Shown piece by piece: positions 1 through 8,069 of a stretch of 64,000 nt of DNA. Source of the stretch: Alphaproteobacteria bacterium (GTDB lineage: Bacteria; Pseudomonadota; Alphaproteobacteria; UBA6615). The notes beneath the pieces are model-generated. The model searched no databases. It was not told where the DNA came from and saw nothing but the letters and a program-made list of their open reading frames with translations. Every line of letters begins with the position of its first letter. Within the stretch, counting starts at the first letter, position 1. A program made the translations under genes and the position numbers. The stretch is from contig CBDHDN010000029.1 in assembly GCA_965261585.1 (NCBI GenBank), positions 15,193-79,192 on the forward strand. Reading direction: 5' to 3'.

Positions 1-347
1 TCGGCGGCGAGCCGCGCGAACAGGTACATGAACGAGCCGTAGAAGAACGGGTCGCCCTCGCACAGCACGGCGACGGGGCGGCCGTCAACCAGGTGCCCGG
101 CGATGTCGGCCGCGGCGGCGTCGTAGATGCCGGCGGCCGGGAAGCGCGCGGCGGCGATCGGCATGCGAATGGCGATCTCGATCTTGTCGGCGGCGATGTG
201 CGCGGCGGCGATGGCGCGGGCGACGCTGGCGCCGTCGAGCGGCGCCGGGTAGGCGACGACCGGGCAGGCGGCGAGCAGCCGGGCGCCCTTCAGTGTCATC
301 AGCTCCGGATCGCCGGGGCCGACGCCGATGCCGTAGACGCGGCTCAT
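1..347 (-). CDS. cobI: precorrin-2 C20-methyltransferase, N-terminal part (gene runs off the left edge)
   Basis: Not in the ORF track because there is no stop in the window. Manual minus-strand translation from ATG at 347 gives MSRVYGIGVGPGDPELMTLKGARLLAACPVVAYPA...CEGDPFFYGSFMYLF. This is the GVGPGDPELxT N-terminus of CobI/CbiL-type methylases. ATGA overlap with the cobL stop (344-346). Confidence 0.75.
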   Translation of the reverse strand, partial: MSRVYGIGVGPGDPELMTLKGARLLAACPVVAYPAPLDGASVARAIAAAHIAADKIEIAIRMPIAAARFPAAGIYDAAAADIAGHLVDGRPVAVLCEGDPFFYGSFMYLFARLAA

Positions 348-1546
348 TTGGTTGCCGCCCACTGGGTCACCGGCATCGCCGGGCGCCAGCCGAGCTGGGT
401 GCCGACGGGCTTGGCATGGCTGACGGCAATGCGGGTGAGCGTGCCGCCGAGCGCCGCGTGGTGCCGCAGGACGGCCGCTTCGCCGGCGACCGTGACCACG
501 TTGGCGACCAGGCGGCCGCCGGGCTTGAGCGCCTGCCAGCAGGCCTCGACCAGGCCGTCGCTCGTGATGGCGCCGCCGATGAACACGGCGTCCGGCGGGT
601 CGAGGTCGGCGAGGGCGCGGGCGGCGTCGCCGACGACGATGTCGAGCGCCGGCACGCCGAGGGCGCTGGCGTTGTGGGCCATCATGGCGCAACGGCCGGG
701 CGCGCGCTCGACCGCGTGGGCCTTGGCGCCGGGCGCGGCACGCAGCCACTCGATGGCGACCGAGCCGCAGCCGGCGCCGAGGTCCCACAGGATCTGGCCG
801 GCCAGCGGTGTCAGGGCGGCCAGGGTCGCCGCCCGTACGATGCGCTTCGTCAGCTGGCCGTCGTGGACGAAGGCGTCGTCGGGTAGGCCGGGCACGGCCG
901 CGTGGACGCGGGCCGCCGGCCCGGCCACGCAGGCGACGGCGATCGTGTTGAGCGCCGCCGTCGGCGCGTCGTCCCAGGCGGCGGCGGTGCCGTCGCGGCG
1001 CGCCTCGGCCGGGCCGCCCATGTGCTCCAGCACGGTGATCGTGCTGGGGCCGTAGCCGAGCGTGCGCAGCGACGCCGCGAGTTGCGCCGGCGTGTCGCCG
1101 TCCTCGCTCAAGACCAGCAGCCGCGCGCCCGGCGCGACGTGCAGGTTGACGAGCTCCAGCGGCCGGCCATGCAGGGTCAGGCGGATCGTCTCCTCGAGCG
1201 GCCAGCCGAGGCGCGCGCACGCCAGGGAGAAGGCGCCGGCGGCCGGCAGGATCAGCGTCTCCTCGCGCGTGAAGTGGCGCGCCAGGGTCACGCCGATGCC
1301 GAACGACATGGGATCGCCGCTGGCCAGCACAACGACGCGGCTGCCGGCCCGTGTGGCGATGTCGGACACCGTCTCGCCGAGCGGCCGGCGCCAGGTCAGG
1401 CGCTCGGCGTCGCCCGCGGGCACCATCGCCAGGTGACGGGTGCCGCCGACCAGCACCTCGGCCGTCTCGATCATCGTGCGCGTCGCCGGCTGCAGTGCGC
1501 CAACGCCGTCGTCGCCGATGCCAATGACCGTCAGCCATGCCGTCAT
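344..1546 (-). CDS. cobL: precorrin-6Y C5,15-methyltransferase (decarboxylating), fused CbiE/CbiT type
   Basis: ORF 344..1885. The plausible start is ATG at 1546 (MTAWLTVIGIGDDGVGAL...). The N-terminal tetrapyrrole-methylase half is followed by a SAM-MTase half (ILWDLGAGCGSVAIEW). The residues upstream of 1546 are Arg/Gly-rich junk. ATGA overlap with the cobH stop. Confidence 0.9.
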   Translation of the reverse strand: MTAWLTVIGIGDDGVGALQPATRTMIETAEVLVGGTRHLAMVPAGDAERLTWRRPLGETVSDIATRAGSRVVVLASGDPMSFGIGVTLARHFTREETLILPAAGAFSLACARLGWPLEETIRLTLHGRPLELVNLHVAPGARLLVLSEDGDTPAQLAASLRTLGYGPSTITVLEHMGGPAEARRDGTAAAWDDAPTAALNTIAVACVAGPAARVHAAVPGLPDDAFVHDGQLTKRIVRAATLAALTPLAGQILWDLGAGCGSVAIEWLRAAPGAKAHAVERAPGRCAMMAHNASALGVPALDIVVGDAARALADLDPPDAVFIGGAITSDGLVEACWQALKPGGRLVANVVTVAGEAAVLRHHAALGGTLTRIAVSHAKPVGTQLGWRPAMPVTQWAATK

Positions 1547-2199
1547 GGCGCGGGCCGGGCGAGGGCGTTGACGGCGGCGGCGGCCGTGGCGCTGCCGCCA
1601 CCGCGGCCCGCGAGCGTGACATAGGGCACGTCGCCGGCCCGTTCGCCGAGCGCCGCCTTGGCCACGGCCGCGCCGACATAGCCGACCGGGAAGCCGAGGA
1701 TCAGCGCCGGCCGCGGCCAGCCCGCCGCCAGGCCTTCCAGCAGCCGGAACAGCGCCGTCGGTGCGTTGCCGATGGCGACGACGGCGCCGCCGAGCCATGG
1801 CGGCCACAGCTCCACCGCCGCGGCCGACCGCGTCGTGGCGCGGCGCCTTGCCAGGCCCGCGACGGTGCCGAGCCCGAGCGTACACATGACCGTATTGGCG
1901 GCCGGCAGGCGCGACCGCGTGATGCCGTCGGCGACCATGGCCGCGTCGACGAGGATCGGCGCACCGGCGGCCAACGCGGCGCGGCCCCGGGCGCCGGCGT
2001 CGGGCGACCAGCGCAACGCTGCGAGGAGGCCGGGCTGGGCGCTGGCATGCACGAGGCGCAGGGCGACGTCGGCCAAGTCGGCCGGGACGTTCGAGACGTC
2101 GACCTCGTCGGCGATCATGGCGAGGGATTGCCGGGTGATCGCCTGGGGGTCGCGCTCGTAGTCGAGCGGTGGTGCCTGGCGTTCGGGTTGCGTCGTCAT
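1543..2199 (-). CDS. cobH: precorrin-8X methylmutase
   Basis: ORF 1543..2238. ATG at 2199 gives MTTQPERQAPPLDYERDPQAITRQSLAMI...VAIGNAPTALFRLLE...GFPVGYVGAAVAK, the CobH/CbiC signature. The start could be 2238 instead. Confidence 0.85.
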   Translation of the reverse strand: MTTQPERQAPPLDYERDPQAITRQSLAMIADEVDVSNVPADLADVALRLVHASAQPGLLAALRWSPDAGARGRAALAAGAPILVDAAMVADGITRSRLPAANTVMCTLGLGTVAGLARRRATTRSAAAVELWPPWLGGAVVAIGNAPTALFRLLEGLAAGWPRPALILGFPVGYVGAAVAKAALGERAGDVPYVTLAGRGGGSATAAAAVNALARPAP

Positions 2200-2278
2200 T
2201 CGCACATCAGTTGTGCCCGCGACCGGTGCGCCCCTCACGCTCCCGCCGCCGCGCGCCGGGCCGGCGCAGCGGCGCCCA

Positions 2279-3289
2279 TCACTCGACCGCCCGCTTCAGG
2301 CTGCGCGGCCCGTGCGGATGATCGGCGTGGGGATAGGGATGGTGGCCGTGGCCGCGCGCGTGGGAGTGCCCATGGTCGCGCGCGGGGTCGGGGTCCTCGG
2401 GTCCAAGCCCGAGGATGCCCTCGAAATGATGGTGATGGCTTTCCTGCCGCAGCCCGACCTCGGCCTCAAAGCCGAGCACGTGTTCGCGGTACTTGCAGAG
2501 CTGGCAGTTCATCGTGTTGCGGCCGTCGACGATCTCGTCGATGCGCTCGACGAACGCGTCGAGCACCAACGGGTGATCGTTCAGATAGGGCGCCTTGACG
2601 AACTCGATCGCCGGGCGGGCGGCGGCGGCGGCCTCGACCGCGTCGTAGATGCGGCGCACCAGGACGCCGGTGAACAGGAAATAGGGAAACACGACGATGC
2701 GCCGGTAGCCGAGCCGCGCCGCGTGTTCCAGTGCCGGGCCGACGAGCGGGAAGGTGACGCCGGAATAGGCCGTCTCGCCCCAACCGAAACCATGGCCCTC
2801 GCACAGCATGCGCGAGACCTTGGCGACGTTCGCGTTGGCGTCGGGATCCGACGTGCCGCGGCCGACGACCATAAGCAGCGTGTCGTGGCGGGCAACCGCG
2901 CCGGCCGTGTCCGCGGCGCGCACGGCGGCGTCTATGCGGTCGCCGGCGGCTCGCACCATGCGCATGTCGAGGCCAAGGTCGCGGCCGTAGCGCAGCGTCA
3001 TCTCCGGATGCCGGGCGGCATAGGTGTTGAGCACGGACGGGATGTCGTTCTTGACGTGGCCGGCGGCGAACAGCATGCCCGGCACGGCCAGCACGTTGCG
3101 GATGCCGCGCGCGCGCAGGTCGTCCAGCCCGTCGCGAATGATCGGCCGGGCGAACTCCAGGAAGCCGTGGGCGAGCGGCCGTGGGGCGACGCGTTCGCGC
3201 AACGCCGCGGCGACATGGCCGAACTCGGCGACCGCGGCAGCGTCACGGCTGCCGTGGCCGCAGACCATGATGCCCCTGCCTTCGTCCAT
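2279..3289 (-). CDS. cbiX: long-form CbiX-type (sirohydrochlorin) cobaltochelatase with MxCxxC motif and His-rich tail
   Basis: ORF 2279..3364, start taken at ATG 3289. Two CbiX-like halves (MVCGHGSRD..., LLMVVGRGTSDPDAN...). MNCQLCKY motif, then HHHHFEG...DHGHSHARGHGHHPYPHADHPHGP. Confidence 0.75.
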   Translation of the reverse strand: MDEGRGIMVCGHGSRDAAAVAEFGHVAAALRERVAPRPLAHGFLEFARPIIRDGLDDLRARGIRNVLAVPGMLFAAGHVKNDIPSVLNTYAARHPEMTLRYGRDLGLDMRMVRAAGDRIDAAVRAADTAGAVARHDTLLMVVGRGTSDPDANANVAKVSRMLCEGHGFGWGETAYSGVTFPLVGPALEHAARLGYRRIVVFPYFLFTGVLVRRIYDAVEAAAAARPAIEFVKAPYLNDHPLVLDAFVERIDEIVDGRNTMNCQLCKYREHVLGFEAEVGLRQESHHHHFEGILGLGPEDPDPARDHGHSHARGHGHHPYPHADHPHGPRSLKRAVE

Positions 3290-3377
3290 CCCCGCTTGCC
3301 CCCGCGCCTGCGACGATGCAATAGAGCACGGCGGTGCGCCGAGGCCAAGCGCACGCGGGTGCACTTAGGAATGAACC

Positions 3378-3922
3378 GTGCCTATCCGGTTAACGCACAC
3401 ACCCACAACATGTAGTGTTGCGGTGATAGAAAATTCGGGGCCATCAGATCTTGAAGGAATTGTAGAGTTCGAGTGCCGAATTATTCACAAATGACCCTGG
3501 GAACTGGTTTTCAAGGTCGCTCAATACGTCATATGGAGCACGTCGGTTGAGAACCACACACCTGCGTGTCGCTTCGTCTTCGCTGCGGATCAGAGTGCGC
3601 AGAAGAGTAACAGGAGCAGACGGGTTTTTCGCAACGATCCGCGCCAATATGGCGCTTTCTTCGGCTAGTGCCATCAATCGCTGAGGCGATGTCTTTTCAT
3701 CAGCAGGTTCCCGTCTGGCCGTGGGTTTCTTCTTTTTTTCCTTGGTCTTCATCAATCTGTCCCCCGATGTTCAGTGCGTAAAGTGAATCAAACCCACGTT
3801 CGGACTTCAGCACAATCAGAAATTTGCCAGATCGAATTCCCCTTGCGGCCGCGACTACCCTTCCCTGCCGTGCGACAGGATACACTACATGTTGTGGGTG
3901 TGTGCGTTAACCGGATAGGCAC
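3378..3922. mobile_element. transposase-less TIR-bounded cassette (MIC/MITE-like) carrying one passenger ORF
   Basis: GTGCCTATCCGGTTAACGCACACACCCACAACATGTAGTG at 3378-3417 has its exact reverse complement at 3883-3922 (40/40). The direct repeat GGAATGAACC lies at 3368-3377 and 3923-3932. The interior is visibly AT-richer than the flanks. Confidence 0.65.
3444..3752 (-). CDS. hypothetical small protein with leucine-rich-repeat-variant (LRV)-like NPxxP...L motifs; passenger of the cassette
   Basis: ORF 3444..3755 (TTG), with ATG at 3752 preceded by GGGGGA. The Lys-rich N-terminus (MKTKEKKKKP) is followed by IVAKNPSAPVTLLRTLIRSEDEATRRCVVLNRRAPYDVLSDL. Codon usage is atypical for the window. Confidence 0.5.
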   Translation of the reverse strand: MKTKEKKKKPTARREPADEKTSPQRLMALAEESAILARIVAKNPSAPVTLLRTLIRSEDEATRRCVVLNRRAPYDVLSDLENQFPGSFVNNSALELYNSFKI

Positions 3923-3930
3923 GGAATGAA

Positions 3931-4028
3931 CCACAGAGGCACAGAGGCATAGAAGTGCAGGTCAAGTTGCGTCACCCCTGATCGAATTGATTCCTTCTGC
4001 TTCTCTGAGTGTCTCTGTGCCTCTGTGG
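3931..4028. repeat. palindromic REP-like element, family A (CCACAGAGGCACAGAG arms)
   Basis: CCACAGAGGCACAGAGGCATAGAAG at 3931 is matched by the inverted CTTCTGCTTCTCTGAGTGTCTCTGTGCCTCTGTGG ending at 4028. The same arm sequence recurs at 63152-63170 and, inverted, at 63372-63390. Confidence 0.55.
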
Positions 4029-4059
4029 TGATCCTTTAACCCTCGACCTGCGAGGGCTG

Positions 4060-5064
4060 ATGCTGCTTCCCGACCTCTATGCGAACGGCCTGGTGACGCT
4101 GCCGGCGATCCTGTTGCTGGCGCTGATCATCGACGCCGTCGTCGGCGACATGGGGCGGGTGTTCCGCATCGTGCCGCATCCGGTAGCGCTCGTCGGCGGC
4201 ACCGCGGCCTGGCTCGAGCGGCGGCTCAACCGGCCGCGGCGCAGCCGGCGCGCCCGGGCCATCCGGGGCCTCGTGGTCGCGGTCGCGCTGCCGGCGTTGG
4301 CCGCGGCGGTGGGCTGGGGCATCGCCGCCGGCGCGGCGCGGGTGCCCTACGGGCAGGCGATCGAGCTCGCCGTCGTCGCCGTGCTGGTCGCCCAGCGCAG
4401 CCTGTTCGATCATGTGCGCCGCGTCGGCCGGGCGCTGACACGCGACGGCTTGGGCGGCGGGCGCGCGGCCGTGCGCCACATCGTCGGCCGCGACCCCGAT
4501 GGCCTCGACGAACATGGCGTCGCCCGGGCGGCGATCGAGAGCCTGGCCGAGAACTTCGCCGACAGTGTCGTCGCGCCGGCCTTCTGGTACCTGCTGTTCG
4601 GGCTGCCTGGGCTGCTGGCCTACAAGTGTGTCAATACGCTCGACAGCATGCTGGGCCACCGCTCGCCGCGCTATGCGGCGTTCGGCGCCGCGTCGGCGCG
4701 GCTGGACGATGTGATGAACCTGGTGCCGGCGCGCATCGCCGCCGCCATGATCGCCGGCGCGGCGCTGTTCGCGCCGCAGGGCCGGCCGGGCCGCGCCGTC
4801 ATAGTGATGGTGCGCGACGCGCGCAAGCATCCCTCGCCCAACGCCGGCTGGCCCGAGGCGGCGATGGCCGGCGCGCTGGGCGTCGCCCTGTTGGGCCCGC
4901 GCCGCTATGACGGCGAGGTCGCCGACGGGCCCTGGCTGGGCGCCGAGTTCACGGCACGGGTGACGCCGGTGGACATCGGGCGCGCGCTCTACGTCTTCAC
5001 CGTCGCCTGCCTCCTCGACGGCGCCCTGATCGTCGCACTGGCGGTGTTAGTGCGGTTCTCTTGA
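4060..5064 (+). CDS. cobD: adenosylcobinamide-phosphate synthase (CobD/CbiB)
   Basis: ORF 4009..5064 with ATG at 4060. Polytopic membrane protein with GRDPDGLDEHGVARAAIESLAENFADSVVAPAFWY and HPSPNAGWPEAAMAGALG motifs typical of CbiB. Confidence 0.9.
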   Translation: MLLPDLYANGLVTLPAILLLALIIDAVVGDMGRVFRIVPHPVALVGGTAAWLERRLNRPRRSRRARAIRGLVVAVALPALAAAVGWGIAAGAARVPYGQAIELAVVAVLVAQRSLFDHVRRVGRALTRDGLGGGRAAVRHIVGRDPDGLDEHGVARAAIESLAENFADSVVAPAFWYLLFGLPGLLAYKCVNTLDSMLGHRSPRYAAFGAASARLDDVMNLVPARIAAAMIAGAALFAPQGRPGRAVIVMVRDARKHPSPNAGWPEAAMAGALGVALLGPRRYDGEVADGPWLGAEFTARVTPVDIGRALYVFTVACLLDGALIVALAVLVRFS

Positions 5065-5123
5065 GGGCGCCGCGTGCGGGGTGGCTGGCGGGATTCCGCG
5101 CGATTTCCTACACGGCGGCCTGA

Positions 5124-6659
5124 TCAACGAACGCTGACGTCAGCACCGGACGGCTGCCGCGCGATGGCGAGCAGACGGTCCAGATCGAGGTGGCGTTCCA
5201 AATGGTCGGCGAGGGCGTCGAGGGTCGTCTCGATCGTCGCCTCGTAGGCCGTGTCGGCGGCGTGGGCCGGGTCGAGGGTGGCGAGGAAGGCGTGGCGGAA
5301 GGCGTCGGCGGCGAACAGGCCGTGGATCGTACAGCCGGCGACGCGGCCGTCGGCGGAGCGCGCGCCCTCGGGCCGCGCGGCCTCGGGCCGGGGGGCGGCG
5401 CCGTCGGCGATGCGCAGCAGGGGGCGGGCACAGTCGGGGCCGGTCGTGCGGCCGACGTGCATCTCATAGCCGGTGAAGCGCGCGTCGTGGTGGAACGCCG
5501 TGCCGCTGACCTGGCGCAGCATCTTGTCGGCGCTCATGACGGTCGCGACGTCGAGCAGGCCGAGGCCGGCGGTCGTGCCGGGCGGGCCCTCGACGCCGTC
5601 GGGGTCGGCGACGCTGCGGCCGAGCACCTGGTAGCCGGCGCAGATGCCGAGGATCGTGGCACCCTGGCGGTGGGCGGCGCGGATGTCGATGTCCCAGCCC
5701 TGGGCGCGCAGGTGGTCGAGCTCCGCCCGGGTCGATTTCGAGCCCGGCAGCAGGATCAGATCGGCGTCCATCGGCAGCGGCCGGCCGGGCTCGACAATGT
5801 CGAGGGCGACGTCGGGCTCGGCGGCGAGCGGGTCGAGGTCGTCGAAGTTGGCGATGCGCTGAAAGCGTGGCACGGCGATCTTGATCGGGGCGGCCGCGCG
5901 CCGAGCAGCCGGCGTTGCGGGGTGGAGGGCGAGGCTGTCCTCGGCCGGCAGGCGCGCGGCGGCGGCGAAATAGGGAACGACGCCGGCGCAGGCGAGGCCC
6001 GTGTGCGTCGCGATGACGCCCAGGGCGCCGTCGAACAGGCGTGCGTCGCCGCGGAACTTGTTGACGATGTAGGCGGCGATGCGGGCGTGCTCGGCCTCCG
6101 GCAGCACGGCCATGGTGCCGACGAGGCTGGCGATCGCGCCGCCGCGCTCGACGTCGGCGATCAGCACGACCGGCACGTCGGCGGCCTCGGCAAAGCCCAT
6201 GTTGGCGATGTCGCCGGCCCGCAGGTTGACCTCGGCCGGGCTACCGGCGCCCTCGACGACGACCAAATCGGCGGCCGTGCCGAGGCGGTGGAAGCTCTCC
6301 AGCACGGCCGGCAGCAGCCGTGGCTTCCAGCCGTGATAGTCGCGCGCCCCGGCATGGCCGAGGACGCAGCCCTGGACGACGACCTGGGCGCCGCCCTCGC
6401 TTTCAGGCTTCAGCAGCACCGGGTTCATGTCGACCGTCGGGGCGACGCCGCAGGCGCGGGCCTGCAGCGCCTGGGCGCGGCCGATCTCGCGGCCGTCGTT
6501 GGTGACGGCGGCGTTGTTCGACATGTTCTGCGGCTTGAACGGGCGCACGTTCAGGCCGCGCCGGGCATAGGCCCTGCAGAGCCCGGCAACGATCAGGGAT
6601 TTGCCGACGTCCGAGCCGGTGCCCTGCAGCATCAGGGCCGGCGTCGACCGGCCGGTCAC
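5124..6659 (-). CDS. cobQ: cobyric acid synthase
   Basis: ORF 5124..6767. [21 protein letters not shown]-loop and a C-terminal GATase ([12 protein letters not shown]). The start is either GTG 6659, which makes a GTGA overlap with the upstream stop, or ATG 6632. Confidence 0.9.
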   Translation of the reverse strand: MTGRSTPALMLQGTGSDVGKSLIVAGLCRAYARRGLNVRPFKPQNMSNNAAVTNDGREIGRAQALQARACGVAPTVDMNPVLLKPESEGGAQVVVQGCVLGHAGARDYHGWKPRLLPAVLESFHRLGTAADLVVVEGAGSPAEVNLRAGDIANMGFAEAADVPVVLIADVERGGAIASLVGTMAVLPEAEHARIAAYIVNKFRGDARLFDGALGVIATHTGLACAGVVPYFAAAARLPAEDSLALHPATPAARRAAAPIKIAVPRFQRIANFDDLDPLAAEPDVALDIVEPGRPLPMDADLILLPGSKSTRAELDHLRAQGWDIDIRAAHRQGATILGICAGYQVLGRSVADPDGVEGPPGTTAGLGLLDVATVMSADKMLRQVSGTAFHHDARFTGYEMHVGRTTGPDCARPLLRIADGAAPRPEAARPEGARSADGRVAGCTIHGLFAADAFRHAFLATLDPAHAADTAYEATIETTLDALADHLERHLDLDRLLAIARQPSGADVSVR

Positions 6660-7360
6660 AGCGGGCTTATCGATGCTCTCAGGGCGTCGGCGCCGGGGTT
6701 GTTGACCGCCGGGTCCGAGACGATTGCCTGCGAGTCGACGGCGCTGCCGTAGTACAGCTGGTTCCACGAATCGCGGGTCTCGATGACCGCGCCCTCGAAG
6801 GCGCCGCCGGCGGACAGCCCCTGGCTGAGCGCATAGGAAAAGATGTCGGCGCCGGCCGCGGTCGTCGTCGAGGCCTCGATATTGCCGCCGATCGGGCCAG
6901 CGGCGATGGCCAGGTCGGCGCCAAGCTTGACCTTGTTCCTGACCACCGCGTCGACGCCGCGGTCGGTCATGATCGTGAACACGACCTCCGAGACCGTGCC
7001 GCCGATCTGCAGGCCGAAGGATGCCGCTGCCAGTGTCACGAACACTGGCGAGCTCCAGGTTCCGTCGTCGCGGCGGGCCAGCAGGACGCCGCTGCCGCCC
7101 TCGGCGCCGAATATGAAGCTGCCCTTGACCAGGGCCGGGATGATCATGACGCCGTAGGATTTCTCTATGGCGGCGTCCAGCGGCTCGCCGACCTGTGGCT
7201 GGCGGCGGATCGCCGCCAGGGTCAGACGGGCCTTCTCCACCAGCTCCTGCTGCTTGCTGACCGCCTGCGCCGCGCTGGGCGACGCCGTCCAGACAAGCGC
7301 CAGCAAGGCGAGCAATCCCGCCGTCGGCAGGCCGAGCCGGCCGGTTGATATTGCGCGCAT
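6656..7360 (-). CDS. secreted SYLF/Ysc84-like (DUF500) lipid-binding domain protein
   Basis: ORF 6656..7408 with ATG at 7360. Signal peptide [33 protein letters not shown]. Gly-rich beta repeats follow ([28 protein letters not shown]...ASFGLQIGG...[12 protein letters not shown]). Confidence 0.65.
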   Translation of the reverse strand: MRAISTGRLGLPTAGLLALLALVWTASPSAAQAVSKQQELVEKARLTLAAIRRQPQVGEPLDAAIEKSYGVMIIPALVKGSFIFGAEGGSGVLLARRDDGTWSSPVFVTLAAASFGLQIGGTVSEVVFTIMTDRGVDAVVRNKVKLGADLAIAAGPIGGNIEASTTTAAGADIFSYALSQGLSAGGAFEGAVIETRDSWNQLYYGSAVDSQAIVSDPAVNNPGADALRASISPL

Positions 7361-7445
7361 GAATAGGGTCCCTTCACGCTGATGCCTATGGCCGGAAGTG
7401 TATCGCAAACCGGCCCTCGCCGAAACGCCGGTGGCTGGCGGCGTT

Positions 7446-8069
7446 CTAGAACTCGATCCCCGGCTGCGCCTTGACGCCGGCGCGGAACGGGTGCTTGACG
7501 AGGGACATGTCGGTCACCAGGTCGGCCGCGTCGATCAGCGCCGGCTTGGCGTTGCGGCCGGTGACGACGACGTGCTGATCGGCGGGCCGCGCGGCCAGGG
7601 CGCGCAGCACCTCGGCCACGTCCAGATAGTCGTAGCGCAGCACGATGTTGAGCTCGTCGAGCACGACCAGGCGATAGGCCGGGTCGGCCAGCATGGCCGC
7701 GGCGGCCGCCCAGGCGCTGTGCGCCGCGGCGATGTCACGCTGACGGTCCTGGGTCTCCCAGGTAAAGCCCTCGCCCATCACCTCGAGCGTGACGAGCTCG
7801 GGGAAGCGGCCCAGGACGTGGCGCTCGCCGGTCTGCCACTTGCCCTTGACGAACTGGACGATGCCGATGCGCAGGCCGTGGCCGAGGGCGCGCATGACGA
7901 GGCCCATGGCCGCCGTCGTCTTGCCCTTGCCCTTGCCGGTGTGGACCATCAGCAGGCCCTTCTCGATGGTCTTGCCGGCAAGGATCTTGTCGCGCGCGGC
8001 CTTCTGCTTGCGCTTTTTCTCGGCGTGGCGGCGGTCGAGCTCGGCCTCGCTCGGGTGGTCGGTCGTCAT
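7446..8069 (-). CDS. cobO: cob(I)yrinic acid a,c-diamide adenosyltransferase
   Basis: ORF 7446..8135 with ATG at 8069. HTGKGKGKTTAAMG P-loop and VVLDELNIVLRYDYL. ATGA overlap with the cobN stop. Confidence 0.9.
   Translation of the reverse strand: MTTDHPSEAELDRRHAEKKRKQKAARDKILAGKTIEKGLLMVHTGKGKGKTTAAMGLVMRALGHGLRIGIVQFVKGKWQTGERHVLGRFPELVTLEVMGEGFTWETQDRQRDIAAAHSAWAAAAAMLADPAYRLVVLDELNIVLRYDYLDVAEVLRALAARPADQHVVVTGRNAKPALIDAADLVTDMSLVKHPFRAGVKAQPGIEF

Noticed and set aside
3931-4028. Short repeated CACAGAGG units here and at 63155-63178 as a possible CRISPR or DGR feature
   Set aside because: They are 8-bp tandem units inside palindrome arms, with no spacers of unique sequence and no cas genes. 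The only reverse transcriptase in the window is a group II intron maturase type.
3290-4059. Expected a second cobalamin riboswitch in the cbiX/cobD divergent region
   Set aside because: Neither strand contains the GGGAA...GGTG, CCCCGC.ACTGT, GCCACTG or B12-box blocks. The space is filled by the TIR cassette and a REP-like palindrome.
5065-5123. Possible bidirectional terminator between convergent cobD and cobQ
   Set aside because: There is no clean stem-loop with a U-tract, only GC-rich sequence with weak self-complementarity.
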